Source: Candidatus Poribacteria bacterium | Lineage (GTDB): Bacteria > Poribacteria > WGA-4E > WGA-3G | Direction: 5' to 3' | NCBI GenBank assembly: GCA_028820845.1 | Contig: JAPPII010000119.1 | Span: 1,228 to 65,227, forward strand | Length of the DNA stretch: 64,000 bases | In this document: piece by piece, positions 1 through 8,887 of the stretch | Layout of the letters: each line of letters begins with the position of its first letter | How positions within the stretch are numbered: position 1 is the first letter of the stretch | Made by a program: the position numbers and the translations under genes | The notes under the pieces: model-generated | What the model was told of the DNA's origin: nothing | Seen by the model: the letters and a program-made list of their open reading frames with translations, nothing else | The model's database searches: none

Positions 1-2700
1 CCTCTCGATGCCCTTCGCGCGAAACTTCACCAACCTGTTTCCCAAAGCGTCCAAGACAAGGAGGACATTTCCGAAGCACCCTACTCTCTCGGATCGGGTA
101 AACTGGATCTCGCCAAAGAGGCGTTTTTCAAGCGCGGATTTTCTTACGCCAGACAAGAAGATGGATTTCACTATTGGAGACGGCAGGGAGTGGAGATTGG
201 CAACACAGAGGTATCATTGTGGGAGCGCGAGGGTGGCGTGTGGATATGTGCCTCTACAGCGAATACGGGGCTGCCTACGGAGGCAACGCTCATCACAGAT
301 GTTTGGAAGGATACGGGTATCCTGCCGCCGCTCCCCGCGACGGGGCTGCCGATAGATGATAAGGTGCTTGCCGTTCGGGAAGGGACACTCAGTCCACTGG
401 GAATAAAACGCCCTCGGCCGGTGTTAGAGAAGCCGACACCTCCAGAAAAGATTCATGAGACAGATGAAGCAATTAGCACTCAGGTGCAGCATGCTTTCGA
501 TAGAAACGTGCGCGTTCTTGGATTTATTTCCGATACAGCTCCAGAGGAAGATCCTGAAGTAGAATCGTTTCTGCAGAATAATGAGGCAATCTGTTTAAAC
601 GTCTCAAACGTCGCACTTGCGGCAGAAGCGGAACAACTTCTTGAAAAGCGAAATGTGGGATCGGTCCCACGGTGGCGGGATCGGATGTATCTCTGGGATC
701 AAGTGAAAGATACCCCCATCGCCATGCGTATAGCAGCTCCCTTTCAACGTGGAAACGTCTGCGTGGATCCTGAGCGGTGCGAAGCACTTGAGAAAAAGGG
801 CGGGAATCCAGACGAAATTATCTGTCCACAGTGCCCCGTCTATACAACATGTCAAGAGCGTGGCTATCTATCGCAATTCTCTACATTACAAACTTCCGAA
901 GCACAAATATTAGAGGATTCCCAACTGTTTTTGGACCCACAATACGCAAAAACAGTGGAACAACTTCTCGAAGCGCGCGATGGAACACATCGGCTTTGTA
1001 TTACCAATTCCATGAGAGAGACTGAACTGTTTCTTGAATGCAATCTATCAAAAACCACATTGGAGGCGTGGGTTGCCAACTGGCAAGGCAGTGCTTTAGG
1101 CAATTTCGCCATAGCCCTACTGAATGCAGTAACAATCAGAGACAAATCCCATGCCAACGCCATCAAACGCCTGCGAACAGTGACACAGACGTTTGAATGG
1201 TTGGAAGCAGAAATCATTCAACAGATGTGCCATGTTGAGGTACAGGGGAGAGTGGTCGAGCGAGGGACTATTGATGCCGAGACCGAAGAGGAATTAGCAC
1301 GCTTTACGATCGAGTTTGAAGGCGGGATTTCTGCTTACATTCCTTTAGACGCTGCGGCTGCGGAGAGACTGGCGGCAGAAGGGTTGCCCTTCTTTCGACC
1401 CGACGCTTTTGTGCCTAACGAAGAGGTAAAAATCCTGATGTCAATAGCGGATGCCGTCAGGTTGGGTATCTTGGATGCATCGACTGTTGAAAATATTCAG
1501 GCGTTTCCAACGGTTTGTGGGGACCCAAACTGGACGTTTTGGCATCAACTCAAGGGTTTCTTCGCATATTACACCCGAGACGCTGATGCACCGATGCGAT
1601 GGGAAGACGAAGTGCTACAATTTTGGGTGCCGCCGGTCCTACATCCGGGCATCAGACACCTGTTGGTCACCTCCTCGGCTCTCCATGGCAGACACCTACA
1701 TCGAGCGTTCTTGGATGAGGAAGTTGAGATCCTTCCCGCCCAACCGATGGCCTGGGTTCCCGGAAACTGTGTTTTTCAGGTTCGCACCGGTATTTATCCA
1801 CGGGAGACAATCTTAGAACTCGACAACACTTGGAACGTTCTCGGGGTGTCTGAAACAGGACAGGACATTTTTTGGCGGATTCAAGCTGAAATTGAAAGGG
1901 ATCGGAACATTAAGCATGGAATTATAACCCATGTTTACTCACTGTTACAGTTAAAGGATATCGCGAAAAATGAGAACGTCCGTTTCTTGACAGCTTTCCG
2001 ATGGATGGAAGGATTGGAAATGGCTTGTCAAGAGGCAGAGGTCATCTGGATAGTTGGCTTGCCGGAAGTAGGACCACGCGCCATTTTGGAGCGCAGTCGG
2101 ATCTTGTTCGGAAACGATGAGGAACCCCTCTCTTATGAAATGGACCCTGAGTCCCACCGTTACAAAGACGAACGCGTCCAGAGCGTTTGTGAAAAAGCGG
2201 TCGCCCATATATTCACAGAGATTATAGCACTCGCTCAGCTGAACCGTTTGGAAACCAATAAGAAAGTTATGTTGATTACGGGTTTGCGGATTCCCGAGAT
2301 TACCGACAGACCTGAAACGCACCTTTTTGACTGGGCAGATTTGGAGGTTGCCGGTGGCTTAGATAAACTTTCAGAGGTAATAGCGACACGCCAAGGTTTT
2401 GAGACCGAACGCGACAATCTGACACCTGAATCCCCCAGAAAAGAGGTAGAGCGGATTCTGGGATGCTCCCCAAGACAGGCGAACCGAGTGTTACGAAGAC
2501 TCAGGGGTGGGAAACTCGCACGTGTCCCTTTCCGCGAGCAAATCCTCGCGTTTCTCGCCGATGGAGACAAAAAAACACGGGAACTAACGGATGCGATTCA
2601 AGGACATCCAAAAGCAATAAACACAGAACTTACGCGCCTTGTAGCCCTCGGTGAAATTGTAAAAATTCGGCGAGGGGTCTATACACTGCCGAAAACATAG
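1..2700 (+). CDS. Large hypothetical protein, 5'-truncated at window edge, with C-terminal winged-helix DNA-binding domain (possible replication/primase-like protein of a mobile element)
   Basis: Frame 1 is open from nt 1 to TAG 2698-2700, so the track start (GTG 190) is probably internal. C-terminal ~75 aa (CSPRQANRVLRRL...KKTRELTDAIQGHPKAINTELTRLVALGEIVKIRRGVYTL) reads as a wHTH. Cys cluster VCVDPERC...CPQCPVYTTC. N-terminal GFHYWRR...LITDVW is only weakly reminiscent of AEP primase motifs. No Walker A seen. Confidence 0.6.
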   Translation, partial: PLDALRAKLHQPVSQSVQDKEDISEAPYSLGSGKLDLAKEAFFKRGFSYARQEDGFHYWRRQGVEIGNTEVSLWEREGGVWICASTANTGLPTEATLITDVWKDTGILPPLPATGLPIDDKVLAVREGTLSPLGIKRPRPVLEKPTPPEKIHETDEAISTQVQHAFDRNVRVLGFISDTAPEEDPEVESFLQNNEAICLNVSNVALAAEAEQLLEKRNVGSVPRWRDRMYLWDQVKDTPIAMRIAAPFQRGNVCVDPERCEALEKKGGNPDEIICPQCPVYTTCQERGYLSQFSTLQTSEAQILEDSQLFLDPQYAKTVEQLLEARDGTHRLCITNSMRETELFLECNLSKTTLEAWVANWQGSALGNFAIALLNAVTIRDKSHANAIKRLRTVTQTFEWLEAEIIQQMCHVEVQGRVVERGTIDAETEEELARFTIEFEGGISAYIPLDAAAAERLAAEGLPFFRPDAFVPNEEVKILMSIADAVRLGILDASTVENIQAFPTVCGDPNWTFWHQLKGFFAYYTRDADAPMRWEDEVLQFWVPPVLHPGIRHLLVTSSALHGRHLHRAFLDEEVEILPAQPMAWVPGNCVFQVRTGIYPRETILELDNTWNVLGVSETGQDIFWRIQAEIERDRNIKHGIITHVYSLLQLKDIAKNENVRFLTAFRWMEGLEMACQEAEVIWIVGLPEVGPRAILERSRILFGNDEEPLSYEMDPESHRYKDERVQSVCEKAVAHIFTEIIALAQLNRLETNKKVMLITGLRIPEITDRPETHLFDWADLEVAGGLDKLSEVIATRQGFETERDNLTPESPRKEVERILGCSPRQANRVLRRLRGGKLARVPFREQILAFLADGDKKTRELTDAIQGHPKAINTELTRLVALGEIVKIRRGVYTLPKT

Positions 2701-2746
2701 GACACCCACAGCCACTGAAAGACCCCTGAATTCCCTTATTTTTCCC

Positions 2747-2775
2747 TTGACAAATTCTGGAATCTATGGAATTAT
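2747..2775 (+). promoter_or_regulatory. Putative sigma70-type promoter upstream of J-domain gene
   Basis: TTGACA at 2747-2752 followed 17-20 nt later by AATTATAAA. The -10 register is ambiguous. Confidence 0.3.
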
Positions 2776-2809
2776 AAATACCGTATCTATCAGAAACGTT
2801 GTATTTATC

Positions 2810-3670
2810 ATGCGAATTCCAGACTATTATCAAATCTTAGAGGTCAAGCGGAATGCTACCGCTTCTGAAATAAAACGCGCCTTTCGGCGACTCGCAAAAC
2901 GCTACCATCCCGATAAAAATCCGGAACAGATTGCCTTTGCTGAGCAGATGTTTCGTGAGGTGTGTAGGGCATACAACACCTTACGGAATAAAAAACAGAA
3001 ATCGGCTTACGATCAAAAGCTACAGACAATTGAACGTCAGCGTAAGGCGCGCGAAGCATACCTCGAAAAACTCAGTAAACTCAACCAGAGTTATGCCAAG
3101 TTAGAACTCCTGCTCGAAGCACTCCTCCATCAAAACTACGAAACCGGTATCTCTTTATACGAGCAGTTGTGTCATACTAAAAAGAAAACAGGCAAAGCGT
3201 GGCGCATCGACGATTTCCTTAGCTACGAAGAAAGTCGCGACTGTGAATTCCTCATTGCCGAAGCGTACCAGTCCCTCGGATTCTCCAACGGAGATGCGTC
3301 CTCCACTTTCGAGCGGCACCGAAAAATTAAGCAGGCAATGTTGATGTACGAATCCCTCCTGTCCGCCGAAGCGAAACGTCCCTGTTTCAGACACTTCACC
3401 CGAGAGGTCAAGGAACGCCTCAAGTTCATCTATCTCTACCATTTCAGCACCGATGGATACGATCAAGCACATCACATTTCCCTAACCAAGATCCGCGCAC
3501 TAAAACTCCCGAAACGTGAAACCGCATGGATGTACAAAAAAATCGCTGAATTCTACGTGGAAATCGATCGACTCCCCGAAGCACGCATCGTTTTGAAGAT
3601 GGCATTTGAATTGCAACCCCGTCTTACCGGTGCCAAAAAGATTTGTAGAACTTTAAATATAGAATATTAG
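2810..3670 (+). CDS. J-domain (DnaJ-like) co-chaperone with helical/TPR-like C-terminal region
   Basis: MRIPDYYQILEVKRNATASEIKRAFRRLAKRYHPDKNPE is a canonical J domain with HPD motif. ATG 2810 chosen because the track start 2747 is the TTG of a TTGACA box. Confidence 0.85.
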   Translation: MRIPDYYQILEVKRNATASEIKRAFRRLAKRYHPDKNPEQIAFAEQMFREVCRAYNTLRNKKQKSAYDQKLQTIERQRKAREAYLEKLSKLNQSYAKLELLLEALLHQNYETGISLYEQLCHTKKKTGKAWRIDDFLSYEESRDCEFLIAEAYQSLGFSNGDASSTFERHRKIKQAMLMYESLLSAEAKRPCFRHFTREVKERLKFIYLYHFSTDGYDQAHHISLTKIRALKLPKRETAWMYKKIAEFYVEIDRLPEARIVLKMAFELQPRLTGAKKICRTLNIEY

Positions 3671-3727
3671 TTGTCGGTTATTGGATATATACAGAGTATG
3701 TTGGGACACTCACACTTCAACCGATTA

Positions 3728-4255
3728 TCACCGCTCGGCATCTATATGAGACGCAATCACAGCGACTCCCCCTATTAGCATTATACAACCGGAAAGCGCG
3801 CCCGCAACAACTGACTTCATTTTATAGGTTCGCATCCTCTCCTGATAAGCATCGGCGTAAAATGCGACATATTCCGGCGATTTCCCGATCAGTCTCTCAG
3901 GTTGCGGATACGGTGGGCGGATATGATATCGAAATAGCAGACTGAAGACACCCGCAGCACTTACCGCAGCCGTTAGATAAAAAAGCTCGTCCTCCCCATC
4001 TCCAAGCGTCAAGTCGGCGATGAATCCCGTCATCAAACCGCACATCGCTGCGGCGAAAGTTGCACCCATGCCTGTGGCAAAAGACATCAGTACTTCTGTA
4101 TCGCGTTTAGCATCCAACTCCGCAGCGGCTTTTGCCTGAAGATGTATTGGGTGCTCTGCCGCAAATGGTATCTGCACAGAATGTTTAGCACCGCAGCCGT
4201 TAAGCGCAAGGCCCCACACAATTGACAAACACCCTAAACATCGTAAGCATTTCAC
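3728..4255 (-). CDS. Hypothetical membrane lipoprotein
   Basis: Lipobox-like N-terminus MKCLRCLGCLSIVWGLALNGC plus three hydrophobic segments. No family recognised. Confidence 0.6.
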   Translation of the reverse strand: MKCLRCLGCLSIVWGLALNGCGAKHSVQIPFAAEHPIHLQAKAAAELDAKRDTEVLMSFATGMGATFAAAMCGLMTGFIADLTLGDGEDELFYLTAAVSAAGVFSLLFRYHIRPPYPQPERLIGKSPEYVAFYADAYQERMRTYKMKSVVAGALSGCIMLIGGVAVIASHIDAER

Positions 4256-4282
4256 AAGAAAGCTCCTTCAGATTGTGGAAAG

Positions 4283-4842
4283 TTACCGGGCGACCAGCAG
4301 TGTCACCCGATGCGGTTCGGTGGTGGATGGATGATACATCAAAACATCCTGCTTAGCGTCCCTATTCAAATTTACCAGCCAAGTGTGTCGCTCATCAAAA
4401 GGGGTGGCGACTGCTATTTTTTTAGGCTCCTGGGTGAATACATCAGGCCCTGACACACCCATGAAAACGTGCAGTTCTTGGGGTGCGTGCTGCACTAATA
4501 GATCCGCGCGTTTATCGCCGTTCACATCTCCGATCAGCACAGACGATAAGGTGGACCGTTCACCTGTTTTGTCGCCAGGATATAATTTGACCGTGCGGAT
4601 AGCGTTCGGCGCGTCAAGGTAGTGACCATCCACCATGCGGTAGAACTCAATATCCAACGGCACGGAGCCTGTCAAAACCCCGCGGCGGCAGATACCATGG
4701 AATCAACAGTGTCGCCAAGCGTCCCTGCGCATCCCGATAGAAAGACATTGGGCACCAATAGCGGCAACAGGCCAAGTCGACAATATTTTCTGAACTCGGC
4801 TGCGGAAAAAAAGAGGCTTTGGAATAGATTTCGTTTTTTCAT
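4283..4842 (-). pseudogene. FG-GAP/VCBS-repeat lipoprotein interrupted by a frameshift (pseudogene or homopolymer sequencing error)
   Basis: ORF 4672-4842 (MKKRNLF...FLSGC lipoprotein signal, SD GAGGAA) stops at TGA 4672-4674. ORF 4283-4675 continues in the neighbouring frame with GDVNGDKRADLLV (FG-GAP-like). One extra base in the A4 run at 4674-4677 would fuse them into a ~187-aa protein. Confidence 0.5.
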
Positions 4843-4858
4843 TGTATGTTCCTCATAT

Positions 4859-5548
4859 TCATCGGCGGACATCCGATACCCGCACAAACGTGTATCCCTC
4901 CCGTTTAAGGGCAGTAATGATCCTGTCTGTTGCCTCGACGGTCCCCAGACGTTTGGCATTCCCATAGACACCTTTCCCATCGTGTAGGACGATAATGGAA
5001 CCCGGCTTTACCTTCTTCAACACCGTTTTGGTGATTCTGTCTGGGTTCTGTGTTATCCAATCCCAACTCCATACATTGCAGCTCACATGTGCGCGATCCC
5101 GCTTCGCGAGCACCCACGCCACCGGCAGAAACCTTGTTAGCACAGGTGCCCGAAACACAATCTCACCCTTTACTCCGATTTGCCGAAGCAGGGCATCCGT
5201 CCGTTCAATTTCCCGTCGGACCTGGGACGGCGGCAGCAAACCCAGTACAGGGTGACTGTAGGAATGGTTACCGATCTGGTGTCCTTCAGCGATCACGCGG
5301 CGAACCGTTTCAGGATGCTGTTTGACCCGATTCCCGATCATAAAGAAAGTGGCTTTAACATCGTGTTTGGCGAGGACATCCAGCAAGGGATCGGTATAAG
5401 ACGGACTCGGGCCATCATCGTAGGTAAGCGCGACAACCCGTTGATTTGTGTTCAGGTGAACAATGTTCTTACCGAAGGGCGGTTTGAAGAAAATCCACAA
5501 CAGCCCCACGATTGCGACCCCTGACACAGCAGCAATTATTGATTTCAT
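4859..5548 (-). CDS. Polysaccharide deacetylase (NodB homology domain, CE4)
   Basis: Motifs ALTYDDGP and HQIGNHSYSHP. ATG 5548 preferred (SD AAGGAT, N-terminal TM MKSIIAAVSGVAIVGLLW). Confidence 0.9.
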   Translation of the reverse strand: MKSIIAAVSGVAIVGLLWIFFKPPFGKNIVHLNTNQRVVALTYDDGPSPSYTDPLLDVLAKHDVKATFFMIGNRVKQHPETVRRVIAEGHQIGNHSYSHPVLGLLPPSQVRREIERTDALLRQIGVKGEIVFRAPVLTRFLPVAWVLAKRDRAHVSCNVWSWDWITQNPDRITKTVLKKVKPGSIIVLHDGKGVYGNAKRLGTVEATDRIITALKREGYTFVRVSDVRR

Positions 5549-5994
5549 GTTTTTATCCTTATTAGACAGGTTTTTCCTTAATGGTTTTTTAGGACGACCG
5601 AGAAGAAACCCGATCAAAACAGTGATTTTTTCCCTTGTTCACGGTTTTTTAGTACCCATCACCTCATCTTTGATTTACAGAGTCATCTAAATTAACAGTG
5701 TTAATATTATATCAGGTGTTTTTCTTTTTGTCAAATAATTTACGCTTGAAGTAGTTCCGATAATCTGATAACATAGTCTCTAAACGGAAAAAAGGATCTA
5801 TTTTTACACATCCTTAAAAAAATATATCCTTGGTTAAACCGGCAACTACGGTAGATTTCAGAATTACCTATACATTACGTATCAGCAAGAAGCCGTCGGG
5901 ACTCGGAAATCTCTCCTACACAAAAAGAACTGAAATGTAAATGTATTTTCGTAATTCACCATAATAACCAATAATGTTCCAAAAGGAAGGACAC

Positions 5995-6882
5995 ATGCGA
6001 AAAGAGGTACGTTGGGAACGGATGTTCCCTGATGAATTAGAAGCAGCATTTGATGAATGCCCCACTGTCTATTTCACTTACGGTCTGTGCGAACCCCACG
6101 GCCCCCAAAACACTGTAGGATTGGATGCGCTCAAAGCACACGCAATCGCTTGTCGCGCGGCACAAACCCACGGCGGCATTGTCGCACCCCCGGACTACTG
6201 GCACATCCACGAACACGGGATGTATGCGAATTGGGCATATCGAAGTGTCGGCGAAGTGCGGAGCTGGCTCACTGCAATGCCTGCATGGCAACACTTCAAA
6301 AACGTCTGCTACCACGTCCGCGCTGCCGATGCACTCGGATTTCACGCAGCCATCTTCCTCACAGGACACTATGGACCCAACTGGCAAGACCTCAAGACCC
6401 TCCTCTCTCTAATTCAACCGCACTTCGCCATGCGTCTCTACGGACTCCCTGATTTCGAGGCGAACACACCCGGATTTGATCAACAAGGTAACGGTGGAGA
6501 CCATGCCGGTAGAGTCGAAACATCACTCCTATGGGCATTAGAACCCGACTGCGTTGACATGTCACGCATGCCCGAAACTGATGCAGGCAGCCCGCATTTC
6601 GCTATGGGCGCGAATGCCTTCGAGTCAGACAGACGTATCGGTGAACGGATGGTGAACGATGAAGTCGCATGGCTCGGACAAAAGATGCAGGAACTCTTGG
6701 AGGCTTACGCAGCAGCGGATATTTCTGACCGTCAACAGGTAACTTTTGAGGAAGTCGAACGAATATGGGCAGAAACAGTGTCACCTGCTTTGAAGACTTT
6801 TGAGACAATGAAAGATCCAGATGAATCGCCACCGGAAGATTCACAATGGTTTCGACAGTGCAAGATCCCAGAACTCCTCTGA
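5995..6882 (+). CDS. Creatininase-family amidohydrolase (putative)
   Basis: LCEPHGPQNTVGLDALKAHA resembles the E-x-H-G metal-site region of creatinine amidohydrolase-family proteins. SD AAGGAAGGA lies before ATG 5995. Confidence 0.6.
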   Translation: MRKEVRWERMFPDELEAAFDECPTVYFTYGLCEPHGPQNTVGLDALKAHAIACRAAQTHGGIVAPPDYWHIHEHGMYANWAYRSVGEVRSWLTAMPAWQHFKNVCYHVRAADALGFHAAIFLTGHYGPNWQDLKTLLSLIQPHFAMRLYGLPDFEANTPGFDQQGNGGDHAGRVETSLLWALEPDCVDMSRMPETDAGSPHFAMGANAFESDRRIGERMVNDEVAWLGQKMQELLEAYAAADISDRQQVTFEEVERIWAETVSPALKTFETMKDPDESPPEDSQWFRQCKIPELL

Positions 6883-6907
6883 CCCAATCGCAAGGAAGAA
6901 TAAAAAA

Positions 6908-7657
6908 ATGGAAACGAAAAACCCACAACTCGCCGAACTTTACCGAAAAGACGGATTTTTGACCGGTATTCCTATTTCTAATGAAACTGAAGCGACACAG
7001 CATAGACGTGCCTACGATGCATTGGAAGCAGAAGTTGGCAAAGAGATATGTGAAATCGGTCTTATTGACTGGCACTTTGACCATCAATTTATCTGGGACC
7101 TCGCAACGCATCCAAAGATTGTAGATGTTATTGAAGCACTTATTGGTCCCGATGTTATGTTATTAGCGACCCACTTTTTCTGCAAATATGGACCTCGCGA
7201 CAAGTTTGTTGCATGGCATCAAGATGTGACATATTGGGGTCTTGAACCCCCGGACGCGATTACGGCTTGGTATGCGATAGATGACAGCGACACCGGCAAC
7301 GGTTGTATGCAGGTAATTCCCGGAAGCCATCAGCGCGGTATCCAAGAACACGGCACATCTGAACAGGCGGGCAATCTGCTAAGCATCAATCAGGAAGTTC
7401 CTGTCACCGAATCGGAAGCAGACAGTGCCGTTGATCTCGTGTTGAAAGCGGGAGAGATGTCCATCCACCACGGACAGATGATTCACGGCAGTCTACCGAA
7501 TCATTCTACGCGTCGGCGATGCGGTCTCACAATCCGCTATATTGATCCATCCGTGAAACAAGCAGAAGAAAACTCACTGAAACGTCCGTGGAAACCGATC
7601 CTACTGCGCGGCGAAGATCGGTATCAGAACTTCACGACCGTGCCAAATCCATTTTAA
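6908..7657 (+). CDS. Phytanoyl-CoA dioxygenase (PhyH) family Fe(II)/2-oxoglutarate dioxygenase
   Basis: WHQDVTYWGLEP, AWYAIDDSDTGNGCMQVIPGSH and HHGQMIHGS fit the PhyH 2-His-1-carboxylate pattern. ATG 6908 (METKNPQ) preferred over the upstream track start. Confidence 0.85.
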   Translation: METKNPQLAELYRKDGFLTGIPISNETEATQHRRAYDALEAEVGKEICEIGLIDWHFDHQFIWDLATHPKIVDVIEALIGPDVMLLATHFFCKYGPRDKFVAWHQDVTYWGLEPPDAITAWYAIDDSDTGNGCMQVIPGSHQRGIQEHGTSEQAGNLLSINQEVPVTESEADSAVDLVLKAGEMSIHHGQMIHGSLPNHSTRRRCGLTIRYIDPSVKQAEENSLKRPWKPILLRGEDRYQNFTTVPNPF

Positions 7658-7658
7658 T

Positions 7659-7714
7659 GGTTCCTGGTTATTGGTTGTTAGTTTTCAGTTACCAATAACC
7701 AACAACCAAAAACT
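7659..7714. repeat. Eight tandem heptamers forming an imperfect hairpin
   Basis: GGTTCCT GGTTATT GGTTGTT AGTTTTC AGTTACC AATAACC AACAACC AAAAACT. The first and last three units are near-complementary. Confidence 0.8.
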
Positions 7715-8887
7715 ATGAACACTCACATCTACGACGCAATCGTTATTGGTGCCGGTGGAATGGGCAGCGCAACGGCATACCACCTTGCTAAATCGGGGGC
7801 AGATGTCCTTGTCTTAGAACAGTTTCAGCGCGGACATAAGTTCGGCAGCTCACACGGAGAAACTCGGATTATCCGTTTCTTTTACGATAAGCCTTTCTAT
7901 ACCGAGTTGATGAAAACCGCTTATGCCGAGTGGCGCGATCTGGAATCCGTATCGGGGAAACCGCTCCTCTTCATCACAGGGAGTGTTGGTTTCGGTGCAA
8001 GGGGAAACCCCTACGGACGGGCGACAAAACAAAGCTTAGATGCCTCAGGTGTCGAATCTGAGTGGTGGAACGGGACACAATTAGCAGATCGTTTCCCGCA
8101 ATTTCAAGGCGTGAAGGATATGGACGTTCTCTGGCAGAAGGATACCGGTTTCCTCCGCGCCGCTGCGTGCACCGCTACACATCTACAACTGGCAGAAAAA
8201 CACGGCGCAACGGTTCAAGAAGAGACCCCAGTAATCAAGGTTGACTGGCAAACGGATGTTCCAACTGTTCAGACTAAAAACGATCAGTTTCAGGGAAAAA
8301 AAATCGTCGTGACGGCGGGAGCGTGGGCGGGTATTCTTCTCACAGAACTGAAGCTTCCACTCACCGTTACAAAACAACAAGTCTGCTACTACCAACCCAC
8401 AAATATCGACCGTTTTCAGCCAGACCGGTTCCCAGTTTTCGTGGAATCAACAGTAGATGGGGAATTTATTTACGGTATCCCGGCTTTCGGCTCTTTTGAT
8501 ACGGGTGGCGGATTAAAAATTGCGCGTCACGGAAGGGGTGAGATTATCTCTCCTGATACGCGCGATCGCACACCCGATGCGGATTACATTGCCCATATAG
8601 ATGCTTACGTGCAAGAACGCATCCCAGAACTTGGAAAAGCCACACACGCCGAAGTTTGTCTCTACACTGAAACACCAGACGAAGACTTTATCATCGACAC
8701 ACACCCAGACCGCTCAGACATCCTGATTGCGGCAGGCTTCTCAGGACACGGCTTCAAGTTCTGTGCTCTTGTCGGACGCATCATGAGCGAGCTTGTCCTT
8801 AACGGCGAAACCCACTTTGACATCCATCCATTTCGTATTGAGCGAAAACACAAAATCTCAAGCGGCATTCCGAGGCTTCAAGCATGA
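7715..8887 (+). CDS. solA: N-methyl-L-tryptophan oxidase / monomeric sarcosine oxidase family flavoenzyme
   Basis: FAD fold DAIVIGAGGMGSATAYHLA and SSHGETRIIR. C-terminal CLYTETPDEDFIIDTHP...AAGFSGHGFKF parallels E. coli SolA/MSOX, including the flavinylated Cys position. Confidence 0.8.
   Translation: MNTHIYDAIVIGAGGMGSATAYHLAKSGADVLVLEQFQRGHKFGSSHGETRIIRFFYDKPFYTELMKTAYAEWRDLESVSGKPLLFITGSVGFGARGNPYGRATKQSLDASGVESEWWNGTQLADRFPQFQGVKDMDVLWQKDTGFLRAAACTATHLQLAEKHGATVQEETPVIKVDWQTDVPTVQTKNDQFQGKKIVVTAGAWAGILLTELKLPLTVTKQQVCYYQPTNIDRFQPDRFPVFVESTVDGEFIYGIPAFGSFDTGGGLKIARHGRGEIISPDTRDRTPDADYIAHIDAYVQERIPELGKATHAEVCLYTETPDEDFIIDTHPDRSDILIAAGFSGHGFKFCALVGRIMSELVLNGETHFDIHPFRIERKHKISSGIPRLQA

Noticed and set aside
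8-359. ORFs 8-355 and 174-359 at the window start
   Set aside because: They overlap the long open frame 1, which continues into a 2.7-kb gene. The products are Arg/Cys-rich and look like out-of-frame translations.
4670-4680. Programmed -1 ribosomal frameshift joining the two lipoprotein ORFs
   Set aside because: The sequence around the junction (GGG TTT TGA in the zero frame) does not form an X XXY YYZ slippery heptamer in frame, and no downstream pseudoknot is obvious. An indel in the A4/T4 run is the simpler explanation.
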